Shown piece by piece: positions 17,715 to 56,978 of a DNA stretch of 64,000 nt. The notes beneath the pieces are model-generated. The model was not told the DNA's origin and did not search any database. It saw only the letters and a program-made list of their open reading frames with translations. The translations under genes were made by a program, and so were the position numbers. Source of the stretch: Chrysomallon squamiferum (Eukaryota > Animalia > Mollusca); contig CM022675.1 in assembly GCA_012295275.1 (NCBI GenBank), positions 558,001 through 622,000 on the forward strand, written 5' to 3'. The first letter of the stretch is position 1. Each line of letters starts with the position of its first letter.

Positions 17715-17967
17715 TCAACAGCACCCCCGCCCCATCCCCCGCGCTATGTACAGGAACACAAAGATACGAGGAAGTGATGTACTGGAGAACAATAGGTGTC
17801 AGCCTAAAACTTTGACATGAATCTATAATCTCAAGTGCTTTTGTTTGATCGCTATAGTTACCGTTATATATTACGTGTCGCAAAGGTATGTCGCTACAGA
17901 TATGAACTGTCAATACTAGCTAATCAAACAGAACCAAAAATAGAGAAATCTGTCTAGTCATCATATG
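17715..17967 (-). repeat. ~250-bp dispersed repeat, copy 2 (inverted relative to 11000-11250)
   Basis: Reverse-complement match to 11000-11250. Confidence 0.9.
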
Positions 17968-18000
17968 TTACCACCTTTATAGTGACACACAGACACACAC

Positions 18001-18071
<71 letters not shown>

Positions 18072-18500
18072 GTCTTTATTTCGTTATTGTCTGGGTGTGA
18101 TTCATATCGCGCTACAGCGCAGTCACGTGACTTTGATTGTTATTTGGCCTCTTACTTACCTTGTCCGCGGATGATAATTTATTATTCTCACGACGACACC
18201 TACGTACCAGCAGACTGCGTGCCCGCTGTCGGTGACCTCATTCCCGCGTGTCTCGGTATTTTGTTTATTTCACTTTTATTTCTCTGCGTTTTTTGCTTTT
18301 TCCTTTGGTTCTGTTTATTTATTTTATTATTATTATTTTTTTTTTTTTGGTGGTGGTTTTTGCGTCTTTTTACATTCGTTCTTCTTTTCTCTTTATTGCA
18401 TTCGGTTTTCTTTATTTTTTTACTTTTATTTATCTCATTCGTTTTATTCAAAATAATTCATAAAAAAAAAATGTTTGATATTGTAAATATGGAAAGATCG

Positions 18501-18531
<31 letters not shown>

Positions 18532-18757
18532 TATAGTAACAACACTATAGAGAGAGACATAGTAACAACACTATACTCACACACACACATACACACACAC
18601 ACACACACATAAATGAACAGTATCTTCAGTTATATTATAACAATGGTGTTTATGAATTTTTGTTTTATCTTATACAGTGACATAGTTTTGCTGAAATTAA
18701 AAACTCTTTATCATTTACGTCTCACCTGGTTTCAGTTCTCGGTGTTGCTAAGTCTAA

Positions 18758-18847
<90 letters not shown>

Positions 18848-19081
18848 TTTCTGTCAAGTTAATGTATTTTTTCTGTCACGAAATCACTCGGGCGTGACGC
18901 TCTATTGTCCAGACAAGAAGGTGCGTGACTGAAAAACTGCACCCGACACGTGACAAACCTCTCAGCTGTTTGTGTCAGGATGACCCTTAATTTCCACCTC
19001 TTAATTTGCTTTTTTCTTGTTTATTATGTAGATATTTATCTATATCTATCTATGTATCTTTCTCTTTATTTATTTGTATAT

Positions 19082-19132
<51 letters not shown>

Positions 19133-19220
19133 CTTATTTGTTTGTTTATTTATTTAACTATCTGTATCTCTATCTGGCTATGCATGTATACACATCTATT
19201 ATCTATATGTCTATCTATCT

Positions 19221-19263
<43 letters not shown>

Positions 19264-19475
19264 CGAATATATATATATATGTCCTTCTATCTACCTTTTT
19301 CTTTCTTTCTTTCTTAATTTATTTATTTATTTATTTATTTATTTTAGCACTGGTTCATGATACGGTCATGAAGTTCTAGGAATACATTTTGTATCTGATT
19401 TTCAGTTATGCCATAGTGACTCTGTCTTGTTGAAAAACAAAAGTCTCAGCAATCGATACACACATATATATATAT

Positions 19476-19582
<107 letters not shown>

Positions 19583-20114
19583 TTAAAAAACCAAAACTAA
19601 AGTACAAGTCATGGTAGTATATTTAGACAGTAGTAGCAGTTGTTGTAGAAGTGGTCGTTGAGGTACAGAAGAAACAATAACATAGTATTGTAATACTAAT
19701 ATAATAGAATTAGAGATAAAAGCAAAATCGAGGTGTCGTCATCTTAAAGAAATTCCTACGTCATAAAGGAAAAATACATAAACAAGTAAAAGAAACAACA
19801 ACAACAAAATAACACTTTATCTGGGATTTTTAAACATTTTATAGACTTGCAGGAAACACATACATACACACACACGCACGCACGCATGCACACACACACA
19901 CACACAGCTGTTTCCCAGCAATTCGTAGAAGCCATTTTGTTTTCAAGTATCTTGTCTCTTTGCAGATGCGAAATCGGTTGGAGCTGAAAACACCTGCGTG
20001 GACGATGTCGACTCCGGCAACAGCAGCTACGCCCTGTTGAGCACCATCGTAATAAAAAAAAAATAAAAAAAATGTTTCATTTTTCGTCGAGAAGCGATTG
20101 AATCGCGTCACTGC

Positions 20115-20790
20115 TGTGAGGTGAAGCACTTCGTTCAGTGAAGATTTCTTTACATCTGACTTTGTTTTGTGAGGTGAAGCACTTCGTTCAGTGAAGATTT
20201 CTTTACATCTGACTTTGTTTTGTGAGGTGAAGCACTTCGTTCAGTGAAGATTTCTTTACATCTGACTTTGTTTTGTGAAGTGAAGCACTTCGTTCAGTGC
20301 AGATTTCTTTACATCTGACTTTGTTTTGTGAGGTGAAGCACTTCGTTCAGTGAAGATTTCTTTACATCTGACTTTGTTTTGTGAAGTGAAGCACTTCGTT
20401 CAGTGCAGATTTCTTTACATCTGACTTTGTTTTGTGAGGTGAAGCACTTCGTTCAGTGAAGATTTCTTTACATCTGACTTTGTTTTGTGAAGTGAAGCAC
20501 TTCGTTCAGTGCAGATTTCTTTACATCTGACTTTGTTTTGTGAGGTGAAGCACTTCGTTCAGTGAAGATTTCTTTACATCTGACTTTGTTTTTTGAAGCA
20601 CTTCGTTCAGTGCAGATTTCTTTACATCTGAAGGTGAAGCACTTCGTTCAGTGCAGATTTCTTTACATCTGACTTTGTTTTGTGAGGTGTAGCACTTCGT
20701 TCAGTGAAGATTTCTTTACATCTGACTTTGTTTTGTGAGGTGAAGCACTTCGTTCAGTGCAGATTTCTTTACATCTGACTTTGTTTCGTT
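20115..20790. repeat. 53-bp minisatellite, ~13 copies
   Basis: Unit tgtgaggtgaagcacttcgttcagtgaagatttctttacatctgactttgttt. Confidence 0.95.
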
Positions 20791-20804
20791 CAGCGTTATC
20801 CTGC

Positions 20805-21101
20805 GATATTCGTAACTACAGACTGGATATTCGTAACTGCAGACTGGATATTCGTAACTTCAGACTGGATATTCGTAACTACAGAGTGGATATTCGTATC
20901 TTCAGACTGGATATTCGTAACTACAGAGTGGGTATTCGTAACTACAGAGTGGGTATTCGTAACAACAGACCCGATATTCGTAACTACAGAGTGGGTATTC
21001 GTGACAACAGACAGGATATTCGTAACTACAGATTGGATATTCGTAACAACAGACCGGATATTCGTAACAACAGATTGGATATTCGTAACAGCAGAGTGGA
21101 T
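20805..21101. repeat. 21-bp minisatellite, ~14 copies
   Basis: Unit gatattcgtaactacagactg; the source of the DIRNYRL pseudo-ORF. Confidence 0.9.
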
Positions 21102-21746
21102 CAGTTTAAGAGTGTACCTCGTTTACAGGGAAATGAAGTGCTACTCCAGTTGTAAGAACATTCCAGATATCAAAACGTATTTGTAAAAAGATTGTAGAAT
21201 TCATGGAAAACCTCAGCTGCTGAGAAATTCTAGAAACCAGCTAATTACTGTGAAATCCAGATTAGAGAGTGTTTACATAACAACAACGCAAAACTGTTTT
21301 TGTTTGTTTTTTTATCATTTACCAGTTTACAGTTTATAATATTTACTTGTTACATTAACACGTGATCTATTTATTTTTGTACGTTTTTTTTTCTCAGCTT
21401 TACAAATTTAAATATTCTTCTTAGTTGTGAAACGTTTACGTGTTTTAGTTATTTTCGTTATCTGTGACCAATTAACATTTTAGTTATTTCGTTATCTGTT
21501 ACCAAAGTGTACGTGTTTTAGTTATTTTCGTTATTTGTGACAGTCTACGAAATCTAGTTATTTTCTTTATTTGTTACCAGTTAACGCATTATCGTTATTT
21601 CGGTATTTGTGACACGTGTGCGTATTACAGCTATTCTGGGGATCTGTGATATCTAAAACTGTGTGATAAATTCATACCCGCGCTTAACGTTGGATGGACC
21701 ACGAGATGAAAGCATTCTTATTCCTGCTGTGACGTTTTGAAACACG

Positions 21747-23117
21747 ATGAAAATGCGCATATACTTCAGGCGATTCGTGTTGTTAATCTCCATCTTCATC
21801 GTCGGACTGTATTTAAATTTCTACGTCCTGGTCAGCCGGTCAGTGAGGTACAAGGACCTGGCCAAAAACCGACTGACGTTTCGTTCGTTCCTGTTGGACA
21901 CGTCGGAGGCGAGGGAAGAATCCAGCGCGGTGACCAATTTTACGAACGGGCTTTCGGCGGAATTCAGAAAGAGAACGGAGATAATGAACCGCGACCTGAA
22001 AGTCCTGAACGCGGACAAGTTTCAGTTCAAGCTGGACAACGATTCTGTGGTGATTTTAATACAGGTCCACTCGCGGCTGGACACACTGAAGGCCGTGATC
22101 GAATCGCTGCGGTCAGTCAGGTATATTAATGAGACGCTGGTCATTTTCAGTCACGACGTTCTGGAAAAGGACATTTTACAGGCCGTCCAGTCGATCGACT
22201 TTTGTCCCGTCCTGCAGATTTCCTATCCATACTCCGTCCACATCTACCCCAACTCGTTTCCCGGCACCGACCCCAACGACTGCCGCAGGAACGACAATAA
22301 AACGTTCGCCAAGCTGAAAGGCTGCAACAGCGCCGACCACCCCGACATGTTCAAGCACTACCGCGAGGCTCACGTCTGCCAGATGAAGCACCACTGGCTG
22401 TGGAAGATGCACTTCGTCTTCGACAGGATGAACATGTTCAAGTCTTTCCACGGCATGTTCCTCCGCCTCGACGACGACTACTACCTGTCGTACGACGTCA
22501 TCCACGTCATTCGGAAGCTGAACTCGCTCAAGCGCAGCGTGTGCCGGGACTGCAAGATGTTCGTGCTGGGAGACCACGAAGGGCTGCGCGGAACGAAGTT
22601 TCAGGTGTCGTCGGGACTGGCGACGATGTCGACCTACTACGTGGGGCTGGGGCGCGGGATGGCGATAGGCAGGGAGTTCTGGGAGGCGTTCAGAGCCTGC
22701 TCCACGTCCTTCTGCACGTATGACGAGTACAACTGGGACTTCGCCCTGCACCACACCGCGGCAACGTGCATGCTGGACAAGCTGAAGGTGCTGAAGCCGA
22801 TAGCTGGCCGCGTCTTCCACATCGGCTGGTGCCGCGGCTTCCACAGGCACTCCAACACCTGCAGCATCGACAGTCTGCGCCGCCAGGTGAAGTCGCTGCT
22901 GGACGCGCACGAGAAGTACCTGTTCCCGGAGAAGTTCTCGCTGTCGAGCGTCAGTCCGGGGAGGTCGCTGAAGTCGCAGTACGGAGGCTGGGGCGACCCA
23001 CGTGACCACCAGCTGTGTCTCAGTATGTTCAGCGACGTCGACAACGACAAATTAGTGAAACACATCCACGACAAGTTCGTTCATAAGAAAAAAGGGAATG
23101 CGACGACAGTGGAGTAA
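21747..23117 (+). CDS. MGAT2: alpha-1,6-mannosyl-glycoprotein 2-beta-N-acetylglucosaminyltransferase (GnT-II, GT16)-like, single coding exon, 456 aa
   Basis: Type II membrane topology (short basic N-terminus, then TM FVLLISIFIVGLYLNFYVLV). GnT-II motifs: IQVHSR, LVIFSHD, IDFCPVLQI, YPNSFPGTDPNDC, GCNSADHPD, KHHWLWK, FCTYDEYNWD, RVFHIG, GGWGDPRDHQLC. Strong GC3 codon bias. May be a divergent paralog. Confidence 0.93.
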   Translation: MKMRIYFRRFVLLISIFIVGLYLNFYVLVSRSVRYKDLAKNRLTFRSFLLDTSEAREESSAVTNFTNGLSAEFRKRTEIMNRDLKVLNADKFQFKLDNDSVVILIQVHSRLDTLKAVIESLRSVRYINETLVIFSHDVLEKDILQAVQSIDFCPVLQISYPYSVHIYPNSFPGTDPNDCRRNDNKTFAKLKGCNSADHPDMFKHYREAHVCQMKHHWLWKMHFVFDRMNMFKSFHGMFLRLDDDYYLSYDVIHVIRKLNSLKRSVCRDCKMFVLGDHEGLRGTKFQVSSGLATMSTYYVGLGRGMAIGREFWEAFRACSTSFCTYDEYNWDFALHHTAATCMLDKLKVLKPIAGRVFHIGWCRGFHRHSNTCSIDSLRRQVKSLLDAHEKYLFPEKFSLSSVSPGRSLKSQYGGWGDPRDHQLCLSMFSDVDNDKLVKHIHDKFVHKKKGNATTVE

Positions 23118-23199
23118 ATTTGGTGCTTCTTTCGGCTGTTGGTGACATTTTCCACTTTGGTTAATTTTAACTAATAATTTATAATTATTATTATTATTA

Positions 23200-23266
<67 letters not shown>

Positions 23267-23344
23267 CATCATCATAATCATCATCATTATCATTATTATT
23301 AGTATCATCATCATCATTATTATTATTGTTGTTGTTGTTATTAC

Positions 23345-23392
<48 letters not shown>

Positions 23393-23433
23393 GTAAATAT
23401 AGATTATAAAGATATTTATATGGAAAACAAAAA

Positions 23434-23468
<35 letters not shown>

Positions 23469-23474
23469 GTTTAT

Positions 23475-23576
<102 letters not shown>

Positions 23577-23744
23577 ACCCCAGTATTTTTATAAATTTAA
23601 TTATATCAGCTAATCATGCAAATCACAAATCAGGTTTATAATGAATCCCATTCACTGTTTCCATGGCAACCAACTGATATTATATTTCTAAACTGTCGAT
23701 GAGTACGTGTATGTACATGTGTATTTCTCGGTGTGTGTCTGTGT

Positions 23745-23834
<90 letters not shown>

Positions 23835-23921
23835 TCTTGGACAAACTTACATATGTGTATATTAGTAGATTTTCTATCACGTATGTTTATCAGTAGCTTG
23901 TACATCAGTAGATTATCTTTG

Positions 23922-23955
<34 letters not shown>

Positions 23956-25722
23956 ATATATGTAATGTACTGATTTACAGGTGTGTGCAATGTCTGTGTA
24001 TTTCGTTTCTAGTCATGGCAAAACGTGACTCGGTTATTAAGTAGGTAAAAGGATTATTTTCTAACAATGAATGTAACTTGATGTCTTTCATATTCCTCAA
24101 CCACACCTCTTTATCAGCACCGACACTGACGTTGACCTCATGCATTTCGAGTACATCAAAACACACGATAAAAATCAAACTAGTTTATTTTTTTTAACTT
24201 TTGTTTCGGAATTCTGGGTTAACTTCAACTAAATATTACGATGTTTTGCTTCTCTCCGAACTTTTTACGTGTTAAACGCATTTGTTATGTTAAATATTAA
24301 TATGTTCAGTGATATCACTGGGGAACTATGCAAGGGGTGCGGGGGGGAGAATAGCCTCTGTTCTGTCTCTGACGTTGTTATTCAGATGTTAACGTTTATC
24401 ACGTAAAAAGTCTGCACGTAAACGTGTCGGGTTTATTCGTGGTTGACATGTGGACAGTCTACTGTAACTTGTCACGTGATTTTTGTGTTAATATTTTGTC
24501 ACTCGAAAAAATCGGAGGTTCCTTACACTTCCTGTTGTCAAACTGAGTTGTTACTGCATAGCTCGCTTTATTTATTTGTTTGTTTTTTGTTTATTTATTT
24601 GTTTGTTTATTTATTTATTTGTTTGTTTGTTTATTTATTTTATTTTATTATTTATTTATTTTATTATATATATATTTATTTATTTGTTTATTTATTTTAT
24701 TTTATTTATTTATTTATTTATTTGTTTATTTGTTTGTGTATTTATTTATTTTATTTTATTATTTATTTATTTTATTATATATATATATATATATTTATTT
24801 ATTTTATTTTATTTATTTTTTTATTTTTTTGTTTATTTATTTGTTTATTGATTTATTTATTTGTTTGTTTATTAAAAGATGTAAATACGACTTACACATT
24901 CCCCACAGTTTGAAACAGCCGTCTTGTTACACATCTTTGTTTTTACTTCTTTTCAAAAAGAAAGTCAAAATTTCACCTTGTTTAAAACAGCCAAATTCGC
25001 TTCATACAAGTTCCCTTCAGAACACAAACATTTTTCTCATAACCAGCGTAGTTCAGTTAGTTTATACACACCCTGTAAATTTTTAATATCTTCCCTACTC
25101 GTCATATCTGCAGCTCGCCCGAGTCTACATTACGTTTTTAATTATCTCTGACTAAATAAATGAACATGACCGCGTTTCAGTGTTGTGTGTAATCAAAACC
25201 GGGAGTGGCCTTTTTCAGATGATACAGCAAAACTCTGCCTGCTGTTGTTTTAAAATGTCCGGGTGCAGCTAGTGTCTTAGCAGTCAGAAACCATTCTCTG
25301 GTTTTCCGACTTTCTGTTCAGATCCGTTTCGCATCATCGCTGAATCAAAAGCGCAGGGAAATGATTATACTACCACTAAAACGTTAACTGAAGTGTTTAA
25401 AATCCTATTTGAGCTGGTAGGAGTAGTAAATAAACTGGTTTAATGAAGCAGAACTCAGTAAAACATTTGAAATGAATACTGTAAGAAGAGGCTGTGAAAA
25501 CACAATACACTGTTGTGATACCGTATGCTGTACAAAAGTTGTCTCTGCGCAGACACGTTGTTAACAAGCGGACGATCTCGTAAATGAGTCATGTTACTGT
25601 TATTCTATATCAGATCTAGCATTTGTGTAATCAAACGTGCGTGTGCATTCGATTAGCCAACCGTATAATATACTGCGTATAAATGACTTTAAAAAAAAAC
25701 CCCAGACGTGATTCGAAAAAGA

Positions 25723-25844
<122 letters not shown>

Positions 25845-26201
25845 TATGTGTTTGTGTATTTTGACACCCATGGTGGAATATCCGCGGGGTTTTGGTTTCT
25901 ACACGTGTTGCTCTGTTTGTGTCTGAAAGTGAAATTTTGTTATCAAAAGAGAAAATCTGTTTGTTATTTCTGAATGGTCACGGACAAGTGTTACATACAC
26001 AACATAAAAAATAAAAGATGGGCAACTTGCTTCTGGTGGTGGATGGGTTTTCTATACTTTTTTTTTTTTTATCAAATATTTAAATTATTTTAAACAATAA
26101 ACATATTTTTGGAATATTGTAAATTTTGTTGTTTTTTTGTTGTTTTTTTTTACCTCCTATACTTATCTAGCTGAATTTAACGGTATGATTTACTTATACT
26201 G

Positions 26202-26257
<56 letters not shown>

Positions 26258-26326
26258 TTTTATCCTACTTTTATATACATTCGTATTCTTAACTTTATAT
26301 TATTTCTCTCTGTCTCACTGTCTCTC

Positions 26327-26392
<66 letters not shown>

Positions 26393-26597
26393 CACACACA
26401 CACACACACACACACTCACACACACATAATTTAATCCTGACCAATTTTTAAAAAAAACGTTAGTATTAAACGTTTCAGATTAAACGTTAGAGATAGAAAT
26501 ACAGTCCAGAGAGATTACAAGGTTTTATACTAGAAACATAACAAAACATCAGCGACAATAATGCTTCTGAAACATAATGATCCTGTATTCAAGCAAA

Positions 26598-26701
<104 letters not shown>

Positions 26702-27732
26702 AGAAAAACAGGCAGACATATATGTTTGTGTGTACAGACAGATAGATTGATAGATATTGCCATAGACACTAAGAACATAAATTACATTGACTGTTCCAGT
26801 GATATACAGAACATAATCATTTGTGAAAAGTTACACAAGCAATCAAATGTGCGTGAAACAGACGCATCTTCAGCTAAAAAAAAAACTAATTAAAAAAAAA
26901 GAAAAAAAGAAAAAGACACAACATTTTATTTTATTTTATTATTTGAAAATAAAATTCACAGCCATAATAAAAACACAACGTCATTTAAAATGTCCCAAAT
27001 CCCCCAGCGACATTCTGTGCTGAAACTAAATGATAAATTCTAATTTACATGAACAGAAAATGTCAGTTAGAAATGAAAGTTTAAAAGGAGAAGAAAAAAA
27101 AAAATAATAATAACTGAATATTTATACAGTAGTTTTATGATTGTCACTTCTGTTCTCATATTATTTTTATTTCATTCTAATTTATTGTTATTTCATTTCA
27201 TTTTATTTTTATTTCATTTCGGTTTTTTATTTATTATGATAATTCGAGACAAGATACTTTTACAAGATTGTACTGTATTCTCGGTACACGATAGTTTTAT
27301 TAATTTTATAAATCTTTCCTGGCGTATTTATGTTTTAGGCTGTTTATTTATTTATTTATTTATTAATTTATTTATTTATTTATTTATTAATGTCAGTGTT
27401 TTATTCTTTCATTCTTTTTTTTTTTTTTGTTTGTTTTTTAGCTGTTTTTTTATTTATTTATTTATTTATTTATTAGTTTGATTGTTACATTCTTTCTTTC
27501 TTCCTTCGTTCGTTTGTTTATTCATTCATTGCGTTGTTTCTTTGTTTCTTTGTTTGTTTATTTATTTATTTATTCGTGCTTTCGTTCATTCATCCAGTCA
27601 TTCGTTTCTTTGCTTCTATGTTTGTTTGTTTGTTTCTTTGCTTATTTATTTATTTATTTATTTTTATTTTTATTTTCACTATAATCATTTTCAAACATTT
27701 AAACTCTGATTATTAAAAGAGAACAACGGCAT

Positions 27733-43385
<15,653 letters not shown>

Positions 43386-43968
43386 CCACGTCGATTTCGT
43401 CAGAAACCTCAACAAAACCTTGGCTTTGCTGTCACAGAATTATCAACATGTTGTGTTGGCCCCCTTCGCCATCCTTCTCAGTTAAGAAGGTTAATTACGA
43501 TATTTCAACAATAAAAAAAATAAAAATAAAATAATAATAATAATTATTATAATAAAAATAATGCTCCAGCTGTTAAACAAAACACAAATCCGTGTTACGA
43601 CGTTTCGAGGTTGATGTTTTGTCGTCCTGTTTTCTTGTAAACATTCATCTTGGTGTAAGACAGAAAGAAATGAAAAAAGAAAAAGAAGGGAGATGTCGGG
43701 TATCGCTGGGGTGCATCCAACCGCACGTTTATGATTTTTAGTTCGAGTACGAAACATTCCGGAGCAGTGAGGCGTGTCGAGGCAGAACAAAGAAATATTT
43801 TAAACTGTTTCTCGTGGATTCAGCAGACCGGTACGACAAGGACAGTTCTTCAAGCGTAAAACAATTTTTCTTTTAAAATATTTGTATGTGTCTCTTTCTT
43901 TATGTCTCTGTTTACCTCTTTCTGTGTCCAGTGTTTATTCGTTATTTATTGTAACTGTAAGTGCGTGG

Positions 43969-44085
<117 letters not shown>

Positions 44086-44260
44086 GCTGCTACTATTACT
44101 GTGTGTCTGTCTGTTTTTCTGTGACTCATTCTCTGAACCTTCTTGTTGTTGTTATTATTATTATGATTATTATTGTTATTACTATCATTATTATTATTAC
44201 TTTTATTATTATTATTTTTATTATTTTTACTATTATTATTCTTATTATTGCTATTATTAC

Positions 44261-44305
<45 letters not shown>

Positions 44306-44401
44306 GATTATTATTGTTATTACTATCATTATTATTATTACTTTTATTATTATTATTTTTATTATTTTTACTATTATTATTCTTATTATTGCTATTATTA
44401 C

Positions 44402-44444
<43 letters not shown>

Positions 44445-44550
44445 GATTATTATTGTTATTACTATCATTATTATTATTATTACTTTTATTATTATTATTT
44501 TTTTATTATTTTTACTATTATTATTCTTATTATTGCTATTATTACTTTTA

Positions 44551-44593
<43 letters not shown>

Positions 44594-45338
44594 GTTATTA
44601 TGATTATTATTATTACTATGTCATCTGTTTTGGGTTTTTTTTTTTTCTTCTGTTCATTTGGATTGCTAGAACGTAGTACCTATCAAAAATCTGACTGGAA
44701 TGAGAAAGTCCATCTACCGGATTAGATCCTGCAACTGTCTGCACTTCGAACGAGACGTTGACGACGTCACTAGAACCTCATACAACATGTCACCATCAAC
44801 TCAGTCAAACTCAAACACAGAACAAAACAAAACTTTATTTACTCTCAAAGTCACTTTTCACTGACATCAGAACAGATCAACTAATAATACACATGACAGC
44901 ACATATATACATATATATATACACACATACATGATTACATACATAGACACATACAGATATACATACAAACGTACCGATACACAGATACAAATACATACAC
45001 ATTACATACACACACGCATATACCTAAACACATTAAAATATAACATACACACACGATTACACATACACGCACACGTATTATACACATACACTGACACACA
45101 AACACACACACACACAAACACACAGATGTAAGCAAACAAAACAGAAGACTGGACGTGTGCATTATAAAATATTTAACAAGTACATTAGCACTGGATCGAC
45201 AGTAAATTAAGACCTAAGCCTGACCCCCCCATCCTCCCTCCCTCCCCAGACTCTGCACCTTAAGAATATGTTTATTACTTTTGTTCACCTTTTATCTTCT
45301 TTTTTATTTTTATTTTTTTTTTTTTTTTTTTTTTTTTT

Positions 45339-45373
<35 letters not shown>

Positions 45374-45757
45374 TATTTTTTTTTTTTTTTTTCCGTGTAT
45401 TTTACACTTATTTTTTAAAAACCCAGTTTCCATTGGTAACCGATGGGATAAAACTTAGTTGTCAAAAGCGTAATTAGTAAACATCAATCAGTCAAGTTCA
45501 TCCCCTTGTTACACTACTAATCATGATGGAAATTCTGATTAGAGAAATCAGTGAATTTTATCGATAAAATTAATTAAATCTAATCAGTCAACGTTAGTTA
45601 GCAGTAACGTGATGTTTTGATGAGTTTTAAAACGTTGTTATTTTCTAACACACCTGAACAAATAAATAAATAAAAAAATAAATAAATAAATTCATAAATT
45701 CATAAATTAAAATTAAATTAAAAATAAATAAATAAATAATAATAATAATAATAAATA

Positions 45758-45828
<71 letters not shown>

Positions 45829-45984
45829 TAACAATAATAATGATAATAATGATTACCTTTGTATTATCCGGTTATCCACATTATGTAAATCCATTATAAT
45901 CTGAGGGAGGACAGAGAGAGACACACAGAGAGACAAAGAGAATGAGAAAGACAGACAGAGAGAGAAAGATAGAGACAGAGAGAG

Positions 45985-46093
<109 letters not shown>

Positions 46094-46322
46094 GATACAG
46101 AAAGGATGAGAAAGACAGACAGAGAGAGAAAGATAGATACAGAGAGAGATTGAGACAGAGAGAGAGAGAGAGAAACAGATAGAGAAAGGATGAGAAAGAC
46201 AGACAGAGAGAAAGATAGTGACAGAGAGAGATTGAGACAGAGAGAGAGAGAGAGAAACAGATACAGAAAGGATGAGAAAGATAGACAGAGAGAGAAAGAT
46301 AGAGACAGAGAGAGATTGAGAC

Positions 46323-46433
<111 letters not shown>

Positions 46434-46903
46434 GAGAAAGGATGAGAAAGACAGAGAGAGAAAGATAGAGACAGAGAGAGGTTGAGACAGAGAGAGAGAG
46501 AAACAGATAGAGAAAGGATGAGACAGAGAGAGACAGAGAGATATTGAAAGAAAGAAGCAGTTAATATGAATGAACGAGCTAGCGAGTGAAAGACAGGACG
46601 AACATATTGGTGAATGAATACCGACATCTGTCTCTCCGTCTGTTCATCTCTCTGTACGATAATGCATCGCTTCCCTTGGTAGCCAAGTAATACCAAGTAT
46701 TTACTATTTTACTAACAGAAACATTTTTTAATACCTTTTATATATTACAATAACAATAAAAACAATAAAACACAAACTAAAACTAAAAATTACACACACA
46801 CACATTCATACATACACACACACATTCATACATACATACATACATACATATATACATACATACATTCATACACACATACATACATACAAATATACGAACA
46901 TAC

Positions 46904-46976
<73 letters not shown>

Positions 46977-47182
46977 ATAATGTTAATAACAGTAACAACG
47001 ATGATGACAAAAAAGTACATTAACAAATAAAAAAACAGGAACAACAAAAAAGTAAATAAACAAACAAACAAGCAAACAAACAAACTAAAGAAACAAATAA
47101 ACAAACAAACAAATAAGTAACTAAACAAACAAATAAACAAACAAACAAATAAGTAACTAAACAAACAAACAAACAAACAGTT

Positions 47183-56978
<9,796 letters not shown>

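Noticed and set aside
18100-18260. Exon-like GC-rich block with a minus-strand donor (AAG|GTAAGT at ~18159)
   Set aside because: No open frame reaching the donor with a plausible product and no partner acceptor identified; it may be a non-coding exon but cannot be supported.
20757-21155. 132-aa ORF with heptad DIRNYRL repeats
   Set aside because: Translation of a 21-bp minisatellite; no ATG start, splice context or homology.
22176-23009. 277-aa antisense ORF and other overlapping ORFs inside MGAT2
   Set aside because: Shadow ORFs caused by strong GC3 codon bias; no recognisable motifs.
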